Shown in pieces: positions 1 through 14,290 of a stretch of DNA of 64,000 bases (positions within the stretch are counted from its first letter, which is position 1; every line of letters starts with the position of its first letter). The position numbers and the translations under genes are program-made. The DNA comes from the human T2T-CHM13v2.0 reference genome, Homo sapiens, in the NCBI RefSeq assembly GCF_009914755.1, contig NC_060933.1; one strand, given 5' to 3'. The notes beneath the pieces were generated by a model, which did not search any database, was not told where the DNA came from, and saw only the letters and a list, made by a program, of their open reading frames with translations.

Positions 1-325
1 GTGAACCACACTCTTCTGGTTTTTCTTCTGCTGTTTACTCTGAGCCCTTTATTAGGTCCTCTTACTCTACCTGACCTCTAAATGTTGGGGTTCCTCAGTA
101 GGCCATTTGAAGCTCACTTCTTTTGCATCATTTTTTTTAATGAAATCACTGTAATACCCCTAGTTGTAAATGATGTCTTTATTGGCAAAATGGACCAAAA
201 ACAGTTTCACATAGCAAATACCAAAACAAAGTAAAAAGGGCAAATGACACACTGGCTTACAAAAACTGCAGCTTCAATCAAGAGTTAATATATACAGCTT
301 CTTAAAAACAGAAAAGAAAATAATC

Positions 326-947
<622 letters not shown>

Positions 948-1633
948 TTACAGCTATACTGAACATTTTTATCACTTAACAGCTTGGCAAAATTCCAAAA
1001 GTTTGACCATATACTTTATTGATAAAGGCTATGGGAAAGCAAGCACTCTCTCATACACAGCTTGTGGAAATAAAAATCAAATTCTAGGCGCATCTTTATG
1101 AGATGAAAACAAAATCAACTTCAGGCGTGACTGCAACCTCTAGCTCGATTCCAGAGTCCCCAAAAGCACTGAAGCAGCTGGACAAAGAGCAGGTTGAAAA
1201 GGCAGTGGACACTCTGTTGACACATTGCAAGTCCAGGAAAAATGATCATGGATTGCTTTTGAACAAGAATGAAAATGTATTTTTAATGGTGGTATTATGG
1301 AAAATTCCAAGTAAAGAACTGAGGGTCAGATTGGGCTTGCCTCATGGTATTCAATCACATTTAGAAGAAATCTGTTTATTTACCAAGGATGAACTCAATT
1401 CAACTCCTGAAAAGACATAACAGTTCTATAGAAAGCTTTTGAACAAGCATGGAATTAAAACCGTGTCTCAGATTATCCCCCTCCAAAACTTTAAAAAAGG
1501 AATATAAAGCCTATGAAGCCAAGCTCCACCTTCTGAGCAGTTTTGACTTCTTCCTTACTGATGCCAGAATTAGGTGGCTCTTACCTTCACACATTAAGAG
1601 ACATTTCTATCAAACAAAGAAAGTTCCAGTATC

Positions 1634-1886
1634 AGGCTGAGGAGGGCAGATCACGAGGTCAGGAGATGGAGATCATCCTGGCTAACACAATGAAACCCCG
1701 TCTCTACTAAAAATACAAAAAAATTAGCCGGACATGGTGGTGGGCACCTGTATTCCCAGCTACTCAGGAGGCTGAGGCAGGAGAATCGCTTGAACCCGGG
1801 AGGCAGAGGTTGCAGTGAGTCAAGATCGCGCCGCTGCACTACAGTCTGGCGACAGAGCGAGATTCCGTCTCAAAAAAAAAAAAAAA
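1634..1886 (+). mobile_element. 5'-truncated Alu inserted in the RSL1D1 pseudogene
   Basis: TSD AAGAAAGTT(C/T)CAGTATC at 1617-1633 and 1885-1901. Confidence 0.95.
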
Positions 1887-2526
1887 GAAAGTTTCAGTAT
1901 CTGTAAACCTTCTGTCCAGGAATTTATCAAGAGAGATCAATGAATGTATAGGTGGAACCGTCTAAGTATTCCTAAAAGTGGTTCTTGCAGTGCTACACAC
2001 ATCGGTCACACTGGGATGCAGATTGAGTACATCGTTGAAAACATTGTTGCTGTCACAAAAGGACTTCCAGAAAAATTGCCAGAGAAGTGGGAGAGCGTGA
2101 AACTTCTGTTTGTGAAAACTGAGAAATCGGTTGCCCTTCCTATTTTTTCCTTGTTTGTCAACAATTGAGATGAAGCCACCAGAAAATTTATGCTTAATAA
2201 GTAGAAAAAAGCAGCAAGGAGAAAACGAAGGGAAGAAAATCTTGAAAAACAAAAGGAGAGGAATAAAAACAAAAAGAAAAGGCAACAGGCTGGCAAGCCT
2301 GCATCAATCCTAAGTAAAGATGACGTGGCACCTAAAAGTGGTGGCACTGCAGTGAAGAAACCATAATTAAAGAAGAAACAGACTCCAGAGCATGAGAATA
2401 AAAAATGCGGCAGAGGAAAAGCCCAAGATAAAGTGACAAATGAATCAAAAGATGAAATTCCACAACTGGTAACCATAGGAAAAACTCCAGCTCTTGAAAA
2501 TATACAGATTGAAAAACATGCTATAG

Positions 2527-2808
<282 letters not shown>

Positions 2809-3194
2809 GAAAACGTGCTATAGAAAGAAGTCTCCAGAAAAGAGTCCTGATCCCAACACACCTTGTGGGAAGAAGAGAAAGGCCTTCCCAGCCTCTGAGA
2901 CCCCAAAGGCTGCAGAGTCTGAGATCCCGTGGAAAGGCCCAGGGAAGAAGCCAAAAATTAATGAGTCAGTGAAGGAAAAAAAATACTTCACTGGGGAAAA
3001 AAGCCTGAGACAGGTACAAAAAAGCCAGAGGCCAAGTTTTTTACTACTCTTCGTAAATCTGTGAGAAAAGCTTCCCATAGCCCCTCAAAACGACCCCAAA
3101 AACCCAAAGTACCCCAGTCGACCTAAAGTCAGTGATTCAACTGGAAGGAAACATTAGAACTACCTGAGGAACTTTTTAGAAATACTAGGGTCCT

Positions 3195-3554
<360 letters not shown>

Positions 3555-3614
3555 TTAATAGAGGTTTATTTGAAATTACATATTCTGCATTATTTAATTT
3601 TCTGTTACATAAGT

Positions 3615-4060
3615 GTTGTTATTAAACAATAGGACTAGTAGTTAATAGTACTAATGCGGGAGAAGGAAAGGAAGACTTATTTGGGGAAAATTCAGACTGC
3701 AGAAGTGGCCTGCCTGAAAAGTCACAGCAACAGGCAAAAATAAAATAACCTAGGAAAAAAATCTCAGGCTGCACCTGCAGACAGAGAAGCAGACAGGGTC
3801 CAGCACAGAGGCCCTTTGTTCTTTGTATTAATAGCAAGCTCCCAGGAAAAAGTTTCCTCCTCTTTTCAGGCATATACACGTTGGGAGCCTGCACAGGAAG
3901 GAGGGGATCTTACCTAAAACAAACCCACAGTTATACAAACAAGAGAAGCAGCTCTTTGTGCTTGTCTAGAGACATACCCACAGCTGCGTAAGATAAGGGG
4001 AGTTGCACAGACACCTTTACCGATAAGTCACTCAAACTGTTAGAGAGATGAGAGGAGTTT
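3615..4060. mobile_element. Probable ERV LTR fragment, family not assigned
   Basis: LTR-like composition with recurring CTGCAC/AGATAAG/ACCCACAG motifs; cut off by the Alu at 4061. Confidence 0.45.
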
Positions 4061-4430
4061 CTTTTCTTTTCTTTTTTTTTGAGACGGAGTCTCACTCTTG
4101 TCACTCACGCTGGAGTGCAGTGGCGTGATCTTGGCTCACTGCAAGCTCCGCCCTCCAGGTCCACGCCATTCACCTGCTGAGGTGGGTGGATCGCCGGAGC
4201 TCAGGAGTTTGAGACTAGCCTGGGCAACATGGCAAAACCCCATGTCTACCAAAAATACAAAAAATTAGCCAGGTGTGGTGGCATGCACCTGTAGTCCTAA
4301 GTAGTTTGAAGGCTGAGGTGGGAGGATCACTTGAGCCCGGGGTCGAGGATGCAGTGAGCTGAGATTGTGCCACTGCACTCCAGCCTGGGTGAGAGAGGGA
4401 GACCCTGTCTCAAAAATACATAAATAAATA
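4061..4430. mobile_element. Head-to-head fusion of a minus-strand Alu 3' fragment (4061-4176) and a plus-strand 5'-truncated AluJ-like element (4177-4430)
   Basis: Orientation switches at ...CCATTCACCTG|CTGAGGTGGG. Confidence 0.88.
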
Positions 4431-4434
4431 TAGT

Positions 4435-5080
4435 AGGACGAACTAAACTGATATTTTGATATTATCCATATTTAATTTAAAAACTCACAAAAACAGTGCC
4501 ATGTTTCTTTCTGCCACATGATACAGTAGGATATGTTAACTCTTTCTGCTTCCTTTTCTGAAAATATTTCTCTGAGCAGCCTGTAGGTCCTCCTTAATTT
4601 ATTTTATGTAATGGTAAAACTGATGTAAAATCCACTTTGACTTGCAGCTCTGCTCTTATCAAACTCATGTGACACTGGGTTCCAGTGTCAGTACAATATG
4701 ATGCCATTGAGCTAAAGTTCATCTCAACACAAGTGTTGAATCACGTAATAGTTAGGATTTTATCTACTAGCAACAACAAGATTTAGACTTGTAGGAATTA
4801 ATTTCCATCTCTCCAAAAATGGCCATCTACTCTTATGTTGTTTGGGTAGATCATTATTTGTCAATCAGTTCCTTTGCATCCATTCATCACATAGTCTATG
4901 TCTAAAATGCCCGTTGCTTTTTCAACATTAGAACGAATATTGGATGTCATCAGAAGTTAAAGGTTTCTCAGGGAAAATGGTTTTTAAATCAGAGAGGTTA
5001 GGAGAAATCAAATATGGATTTCAAATAAATTATAGTTTTAGTAAATAAAATGGTTTCACTTGGCTGCCGTGTTCTGGTTA
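4435..5080 (-). mobile_element. hAT DNA transposon fossil (Tip100/Zaphod-like), transposase C-terminal region
   Basis: Minus strand 4728-4624 reads VEMNFSSMASYCTDTGTQCHMSLIRAELQVKVDFT, resembling the hAT dimerisation-domain motif (VERxFS...W/CTD.R...LI.AEL.VK.NF). Confidence 0.65.
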
Positions 5081-5523
5081 TAAATGTGTATTTGAAATAT
5101 ATATGTGTGTATATTTGTGTATTTAAAATATATATGTGTATATTTGTGTTTGAGATATATATGTATATTTGAAATATATATAAGTTCTGAAGCAGTCTTA
5201 TTTACAAAAAAAGAGTGTTTTTTCCTCTATCAGTTTTTGTCACAACCTATACATGATCCTGAACAACTCAGATGCAGTCAGCTCATCCTTTTCTAGATAT
5301 CTCATGGTCCTGCAGAGATCATTAAACAGTTTTGGAAAACTAGCATATATGTTTCTACTTTATTGTAACTCTTTTCTACATTCTCATCCTCAAATGTATT
5401 TAGTGAGTACCTACTATAGGCCAACCACTTCCCTAAGTCCTGGCGACACAGCTTTGATCAAAACAGGCAAAACTTCTGCCTTTGGGAAATTATTCTGTAA
5501 GAGAGATATGCATTCTTAATTTT

Positions 5524-5814
<291 letters not shown>

Positions 5815-5819
5815 ATTTA

Positions 5820-7085
<1,266 letters not shown>

Positions 7086-7259
7086 TAAAGAACAGGTGGT
7101 GATAAAGATGTGCTTCTTACCTGCGCCCGTCTATTTATGTAACCCCATTTAAAAACTGATCATTTTATTAATAAATTAAAAAAATCTAAAACATATAAGA
7201 ATCTGAAATTAAATGTCTGGCTTGACTTTGCAGATATTTTGAATCTATGTTTCCTCACG

Positions 7260-8330
7260 AAACTCCCAGGCGCTGTATAGGAAACATAAATCCGTTGTCA
7301 GGCAGCAGTAGCACGCTGTTGCTCTCGGAGCTTGGCTGCTCGTTCGTGCTCGCAACCACTAAGGTCTACGCAAACCTCCACGGTTTCCTTCCGCCTTCGC
7401 GTCACCTTTCTAAGAAATTCCCAGAGGGCAGCGCAGACGGGGCGGGCTCTGAGACTCCGGGCTCCGCCTCTTTCCGGGAACCGCCCACTACCCAGGACTC
7501 CGACAGAGGGTGAAAAAAGATAACTTCCGGTCTCGCGATCGTCTCTAATCTCGCGAGAAGAGAAGGCGGCCGCCATCGGCCGAACGGAGGCGGTGGCGAG
7601 GGAGGGGGTGTGGCCGGGGAGCGCGAAGTCCCCGGGAGTAAGGGAGAGGGGGCGGGGTCGCGCGTCCCGGGCATACGCATGCGTGCACGCTGCCGGTCGG
7701 GCTGGGCTGAGAGGGGAGGGGGCGGCGGCGGCCGAGGCGGCGTCGTTATTTCCGTGGTCCGGACAGTGCGTGGCGGCGCGGGTGACCACGGGAGAAGTAG
7801 GTAGGGACCGCCCCTGCGTAGCCATTGAAACCCTCTCGCTCGTGTGTCCGAGAGCCGCAGCCCCCCGCGCGTGTGGCAGATCCTGGGGACCCCAGGTCAC
7901 CCTGCGGCCCCGGCCCTCCCGCTGCGCGTCAGGTAGGAGCGGCGGGCTCCCCAGTGCCCGCTGTCGGCCGAGGCCCCACTCTTGCCCGGTGTTGCCGAGG
8001 CGACGACCCGGCGCCGGACGTGCCCGCCCTCCCGCGCGGCGACAGCTCTGTCCTTGCTTATGCGCCCAGTGGGACCGGGGCTGGGCTGGGCTGACCCGGG
8101 CAGGGCGGAAGGGAAGCGTGTGCCCGCCTCAGGTGTGCCTCGGCCCTAGGCCCGGCCGGCGGGACCCTGCGGTGCCTGCCGGCTCCTCATTGCTCCCGGC
8201 GAGGTTCTGCCTGGGTCCGGGCCGGCTCTGGCCCGGGAGAGGTCCCAGCGAGCTCTGGCCAGATGAAGGGCTACCTTGATTGACTTCGGTAGCTGCCGCA
8301 TGGGGTCCTGGGCTGCGAGAGGGGACCCTG
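7260..8330. promoter_or_regulatory. NAA35: CpG island / NAA35 promoter
   Basis: High GC and CpG density; ETS ACTTCCGG 7523-7530, TCTCGCGAGA 7549-7558, GC boxes ~7439 and ~7649, ZNF143-like TTCCCAGAGGGCAGCG ~7418, NRF1-like ACGCATGCGT 7675-7684; no obvious TATA box. Confidence 0.92.
7670..7800 (+). other. NAA35: NAA35 non-coding exon 1 (start uncertain)
   Basis: Inside the CpG island, ends at donor TAG|GTAGGG (7800/7801); the next acceptor TTTTACAG at 8681 lies 5 nt before the ATG. Confidence 0.72.
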
Positions 8331-8686
8331 AATAGTGCCTTGGTCTTTTGTGGCTATTATTGAAAGTTGGAAGCTCTGGAGTTGTTCTTTTCGGGCCAGA
8401 GGTGAGATGGTTTGTGATTTTTCTTCTTAAACAGTAGGAAGGCAAAATGTTTATGGGCCCTGGTAGGTGGTGGGCTAATAGTAAGCAGCAGGAGTGTTAA
8501 TTGACGTGCGATTTGATTGCATTAAGGTTATTCTTTGCAGTACTGTCCTTAGACTCAGAAGAGTTCTGCTTTAAAGAGTTTAGTTAAGACTTCATCCTAT
8601 GCTGAAACAAACACCCATTTCTGCAAATACTCTTGCCCTGAAAGCTACATCCTCTCTCTTACATCAGTATTAATTTTACAGGCATA

Positions 8687-8810
8687 ATGGTTATGAAAGC
8701 TTCTGTAGATGATGACGATTCAGGATGGGAGCTCAGTATGCCAGAAAAAATGGAGAAAAGCAATACAAACTGGGTGGACATTACCCAAGATTTTGAAGAA
8801 GCTTGTCGAG
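8687..8810 (+). CDS. NAA35: NAA35 exon 2 (exon starts 8682; ATG 8687)
   Basis: [41 protein letters not shown]; donor GAG|GTGAGT; phase 1. Confidence 0.97.
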
Positions 8811-9129
8811 GTGAGTCTGATTTTTGGATTAGAAGTTCAGCATCTGGAAGGGGTAGAATGACGATTGTGCTTTCTAAACTTACCTCATTAGATGAAATCA
8901 ACAGGTAAATGTGGTTTGTTGAGTTTGTTAGCCACACTTATTCTGTATCCTCTAATTTTAACTTTAAAGCAAATGTATATTTGATACAGCATTAAATACA
9001 GATGTTGAGGCAGTATTTTAAAATTGAATTTTTCTTGCTTTAACAGGTTAGAGAGAGCAGTAATTTCTAACTGTGGAAAACACTTTGTTAATCTAAAAGA
9101 TAATAGTATTTTTGTATGTTTGAGGTTTC

Positions 9130-9680
9130 AGTATGATCAGATCACATCATTCCTTGTTTAAGATTGTCCAGTGGCTTCCTGTTGCAGGTAGAATAAAATC
9201 CACCCTCCTTCCCTATGGGTCTATAAAATCTGGTCCCTGCCTGCCACTCAGGTTTCATTTATGTGCCACTGTCCCCGCCAGGCTTATTACATTCCAGTCA
9301 CAGGTCTTTTTTATCTCTTCGTAATACACACCAAGGTGGTTCTCCCAGGTGTTTGCATTTTTTGTTTTCTTTCTTTTAAATTGCTTTGCCCCTCGCTTTC
9401 ACACAATTCTTCTTAAGTGTTAACCTCCCTGGTGAGGACCTCAAAACAACCACTCATTCTCTCCTCTGCAATTCCACCTCAGTTGAATCACTTTTTATTT
9501 TCTTCATACAGCTTATCTTTTTCAGAAGCCATAATTGTCAATTATTTCTTGTTTATTTTCAGTCTCACTCACTGGAATATAAGCTCCGTGGGGGCAGAGA
9601 TAATTTCTGTAACCCTAGTATACAGAACAGTTCCTGGCACATAGTAAATTCAATAAATAGGAGTAAATGATTGGAGAAAT
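9130..9680 (+). mobile_element. L2 3' fragment
   Basis: CCAGTGGCTTCC...AAAATCC and the terminal GAACAGTTCCTGGCACATAGTAAATTCAATAAAT. Confidence 0.75.
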
Positions 9681-10669
9681 GAACATGCTTGTTGCTTGAG
9701 GGGAAAGAGTCTAGGGAGAGACTGAAGATAAGAGAAAGGAACAAATTAACTAGAGTGAGAGCTTGAACGTTAAAGAGAGGATGAGATCAAGGAGATAGTA
9801 GAGAAATTGGGGAAAAGCACAGGGACACACTGAGACAGGAAGGACTGAAGTTAGGATGAAGATAAAAGTATATTTCTAAGTGACAGAGGAGGACTGGTGA
9901 AGGAATTCACTCCTGATGGCTTGTATTGTCTCAAGCAGCTTAGGTCTTTTGATGATAGGTAGGGTGTGTTTGGATAGTGCTCTGAAGGGGAGGAGTAAAG
10001 ACTTGGGGCACCTGCAGGTGGAAAGGGAGCCAGCTGTGTATAAGCAAAATGATAAATCATGTGCCATCCTTTGTTTTGAAATCACTTTTTATAGCCTCAG
10101 TGAGACAGTGGAAAGGACGTAAGACTGGGAGTTGGGTGACTGCCTATGTATGTCTATCTAAGGAAGAGAGAAAGAAATGTCAAGTTACAGTGTAGTTTTT
10201 GTGCTCAGAGATCTTAGACTATTAAGTGGATTATACCTGTCATCTTGCACTGATTTTAAGTAATCTCTATTAGGGGGCTGTCATTATTAACCTAAATAGG
10301 GAAGGTTTTTGAAGGTTATATGGCTTGGGTTGGGCCTTAAGGAGAGATCAAGTTTTTGCAAAGGGAGGTGATAGAGTTATTCTAGACTGAGATGAACTAT
10401 GTGAGTCAGAGTTTGGTGAGGTTTTTATGTTAGGGGAACAGTAAATAATTTTACTTGGCCACAAAACAATTTTAAATGCTGGGAATTATAGAGCGTCTTT
10501 AGTGCCATTGATGTTTTTTGTTTGTTTTTGTTTTTTTGGTTTGAGCTTGTTTTATAGGCAGTAGGAGTAATGGATTTGAGCATAAGATTGAAAGTTTGTT
10601 CCCCTTGATGATCAGTACAGTGGCTTGGACCAAGTAGCTTCTCAGTAAGTAATGTAGTAAGCTTTATAG

Positions 10670-10850
10670 TCAGATATGAGCTGGAGTCCTAACTCTGTCA
10701 CTTACTAGTTTAGTTTCCTTGGAGTTTAATTAATCTGAATCTTAGTTTTCTACTCTGGAAAACAGAGCTTCTACTTTAGAGAATTTTGGGGATTAAATGA
10801 GATAGTGGATGTAAAGTACTCTATAGTAGCATTCAATGATGGTAACTGTT
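10670..10850 (+). mobile_element. MIR
   Basis: CTCTGTCACTTACTAG...CTTAGTTTTCT...GGATTAAATGAGATA core. Confidence 0.7.
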
Positions 10851-12060
10851 GTTACTCAAGGTATTTAATTTAGAGTTGAAAGCATATAAAGAAGTTTCTC
10901 TACCAGCATAATTTATGATGGATTAGGATGAAAAGAGTCTACTTAGACAAGGTTTTGCACTCAGCCCAGATTTGGGCGTTAAGGCCTTGGACTAGGCCTT
11001 GACAGAATGGACTAGAAGGGTAACATATGAGAACAAATAAGTTCATGTTGCTGGAGAGGTGAAAGAAACAAGAGAGATGATGTGTGCCTTAAACTTTTCC
11101 CTTGGTGACAGCAGAAGAGAGTGAACACGTACACTGCTTCTCACCCTTTCCTTCCCAGATCTTATGGGTGGAGTTCAAAGTACCTTGATTCATAGGTACA
11201 AGATATCTTGATAATTTCCTGTTTTATCTTAGAAATTCATGGAAAAGTTTGCATTTTACAACATGTTTGTTGTTTGAGGGGAACACTTATGTTTCATTTA
11301 TGTTAAAGATCTTTTGCTTCCCACATCATCACATTAATTTGATATTAGGCAGCTGTACAAATTTTTATCCTGTGTCTTTGAATCCCCTGGGACATGATGT
11401 TCACCCAGGGTGGTTGCATACCACAGTTTGAAAACCACAGGTCGGCAGAATTTAGTCTCAATGAAATACGACTATAAAGGTCCTCTTAATTTTAGTCTTG
11501 CAGCTTTCTTTCATATATACATTCTCTACTTGTTTTTGATTGTAAGAAAAATTGAACCCAAGAAAGCAGTTTAGAATACTGGTGGGAGAGATGTTTTGGC
11601 TTGCCTTCGAGTTATATCATAAATTAGCCTTATTTCTTTGTGAAGGAACCTTGAGTGGGAGATAAAGTTTAATCCATGTTTCACTGTGGATAGAGAGGGG
11701 GTGACATGCCATTTTGTGGCCAACATACCATCCTATTAACTCTTCCATAATTAGCTCTTGCACTGTGTTGAGTGGCGCAAATGTGAGGTATCCTTCTTGG
11801 AACTAAAAAAAAATTGATGTAGAATTAATCTTCATATGTAGATTTAGGACTAAAGACTGTTGGCATTTCTTGAGCCTGTGGTATTTATTTTCCCGTCTTG
11901 GAATAATCAGATTTGTAGTCTTGATTATGGTTTAGGCTTCTGTTCTAGTGACTTTCTAAAAACTAAATTTAAAACAGATATGATTACACTCTTTCTTTGA
12001 ACTTGCAGTAATCTCTCCCCTTTGGTAAGAATGTAATGGCATTTGGCTAGACTCTGGTGA

Positions 12061-12346
12061 TTTTTTTTTTTTGAGATGGAATCTCGCTGTCACCCAGGCT
12101 GGAGTGCAGTGGTGCTGTCTCGGCTCACTCGACCTCCCGGGTTCACGCCATTCTCCTGCCTCAGCCTCCCGAGTAGCTGGGACTACAGGCGCCCGTCACC
12201 ACGCCTGGCTAATTTTTTTGTATTTTTAGTAGAGACGGGGTTTCACCGTGTTAGTCAGGATGGTCTCGATCTCCTGACCTCGTGATCCATCCACCTCGGC
12301 CTCTCAAAGTGCTGGGATTACAGGCATGAGCCACTGTGCCCAGCCT
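12061..12346 (-). mobile_element. AluY-like element
   Basis: TSD GACTCTGGTGATTTTT on both sides. Confidence 0.94.
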
Positions 12347-12664
12347 GACTCTGGTGATTTTTTTAGTACCACAAAATAGTTGGCATACTGATGGCGAAGT
12401 TGTTTTTCATGCACATTTGTACTAAAAGTAGTGGCTCTTTAAAGTCCTGAATCAAATACAAACTTTCAACTTTTATGATTTATTTTATTTCCTACTAGGC
12501 AGGTGGCACACATTCCTTATAACTACTCTTGAGGCTCTAATTTTTTTCTTTTCTAAATTATTTATAATTTAGCCATTACTGTTGTTTTGCCTGATAGGAA
12601 ATATGTGATTATTTTAAGTAACACTTCTAGGCTTGCTTTCTTAAAAAAAAAATTAGTAAGTTAA

Positions 12665-12915
12665 ATTTTTTTTTTCTTTTTAGAGTTAGGGTTTTGCTGT
12701 GTCACCCAGGCTGAAGTGCATACAATGCCATGATCATTCCTCACTACAGCCTTGACTATAGGATGGGTTCAAGCAATCCTCTCATCTCAGCCTCCTGAGT
12801 AGCTGAGACTACAGGCAAGTGCTATGCCTGGCTTATTTTGTTTTTTGTAGAGACATTATGTTACGTAGGCTGGTCTCAAACTCCTGGCCTTAAGGGATCC
12901 TCTTGCCTCAGCTTC
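12665..12915 (-). mobile_element. Diverged AluJ-like element
   Basis: Reverse Alu consensus, high divergence. Confidence 0.85.
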
Positions 12916-13097
12916 TAGGCTTTATCCACACTATGGATAGCAACATTCTCTCCTGGGATGATGGCACCAGTGGTATCTGGAGCCCAGGAGTAATCCAAAA
13001 TCTGCCATGCTGACTTCCATTCTTTTTATGTTTTAGTCTAGGAGGATATGGGCCCAATCTTTCATTCCATTTTCTTCTCTTTTTGATGGCTTAGTTT

Positions 13098-13318
13098 AAG
13101 CTTCTCCAACCCATTGCCCAAGGGCTGCATGTGGCCCAGGATGGCTTTGAATGTGGCCCAACACAAATTCGTAAACTTTCTTAAAACGTTATGAGATTTT
13201 TTTTTTTGCGATTTTTTTTTTTTTAAAGCTCATCACCTATCAGTGTATTTTATGTGTGGCATAAGACAATTATTCTTTCAGTGTGGCTCAGGGAAGCCAA
13301 AATATTGGACATGCCTGG
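13098..13318. mobile_element. MER30-like hAT MITE
   Basis: GGCCCAGGATGGCTTTGAATGTGGCCCAACACAAATTCGTAAACTTTCTTAAAAC...GGAAGCCAAAATATTGGACA. Confidence 0.8.
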
Positions 13319-14089
13319 CTTTGTTCATTCCTCCGTAGTCAGTCTTTATTATTAGCACCATTGGTTAAGGCCTTCCATATCCATTCATCTTCTTCAGTTC
13401 TTGCTTAGTACTTTAGGAAAATTCCTTTTACACTTTCTCTTGCCTCTTGTAAAACTTGGGATTCTTAAGCTTCTTGTTGCTCTTCCTTTCTTTTCTATCT
13501 TCTCTCACCCAGAACATTTGTAGGTGCTCAATATATATATTTGTTTTAAGAATGAATGAATTTTCTAAGGCCATGTTTCTTCAAACTGGAGAATATTTGG
13601 ATCTGGGACTACGGAAGTTTGAGAACCACTGCAGTACATTAAATGCTGTCATTTTGGGGGATTGCCTGTAACCAGCATAATTATGAACCACAAGCGTGGA
13701 CACTGAAATTATGTTGATACTTGATTATAATGTTATTATCTAGGTGATCTGGAATATTCTGTGATTTTTTTTTAAAGACTATCATTGAAATGATTATATA
13801 GCTTTTAAAAGTTATGGAAAAAATACAAATTCTTTGTGAAACTTTCAGTGAAATCTTTTTTGCCCCCCACAGCCCCATCTGTGTGGGGTGAGAGTCATTG
13901 TTCTAGGAATTTACTGTTTGTTAGCACTTGATTCTAAGAGGAAAAGGATGAATGGATGGAAATTGTCCTGGCAAAAGATCTAGGCAACATGTAAAATTGT
14001 TTTCCGTGTTCTGTGCCATCCAGAATGTTACCAAGAGGTGGAGCATGGGTGAGATGGCCAGCGCTGGCATTTATGGATCACTTTAGATT

Positions 14090-14290
14090 AGTGGTTCTCA
14101 ACTGGGGGTGATTTTTCACCTCAAGGGGCATTAATGTCTTGAGACATTTTTGATTGTCACAGTGTCTATGAGGTGGTGCTACTGGCATCTAACAAGTACA
14201 TGCCAGGTATACTGCTCATTCAATTCAACACACAGGGCAGCCCCCACAAACAAATAATTATCCTCCTCAAAATATCAATAATGCTGCTTA
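14090..14290. mobile_element. MER20-like hAT element
   Basis: AGTGGTTCTCAACTGGGGGTGATTTT...GAGACATTTTTGATTGTCAC...GCTACTGGCATCTA. Confidence 0.8.

Noticed and set aside
1103-1420. 105-aa ORF as a functional RSL1D1 retrogene
   Set aside because: Premature TAA at 1418-1420, downstream frameshifts and two Alu insertions
5085-5182. TA/TG-rich quasi-periodic stretch (similar AT-rich tract at 61770-61872)
   Set aside because: Ordinary low-complexity, decayed microsatellite sequence
7298-8279. Long ORFs of 200 and 228 aa on both strands at the promoter
   Set aside because: Expected in stop-poor GC-rich CpG islands; low-complexity R/G/P/A composition and no recognisable domain
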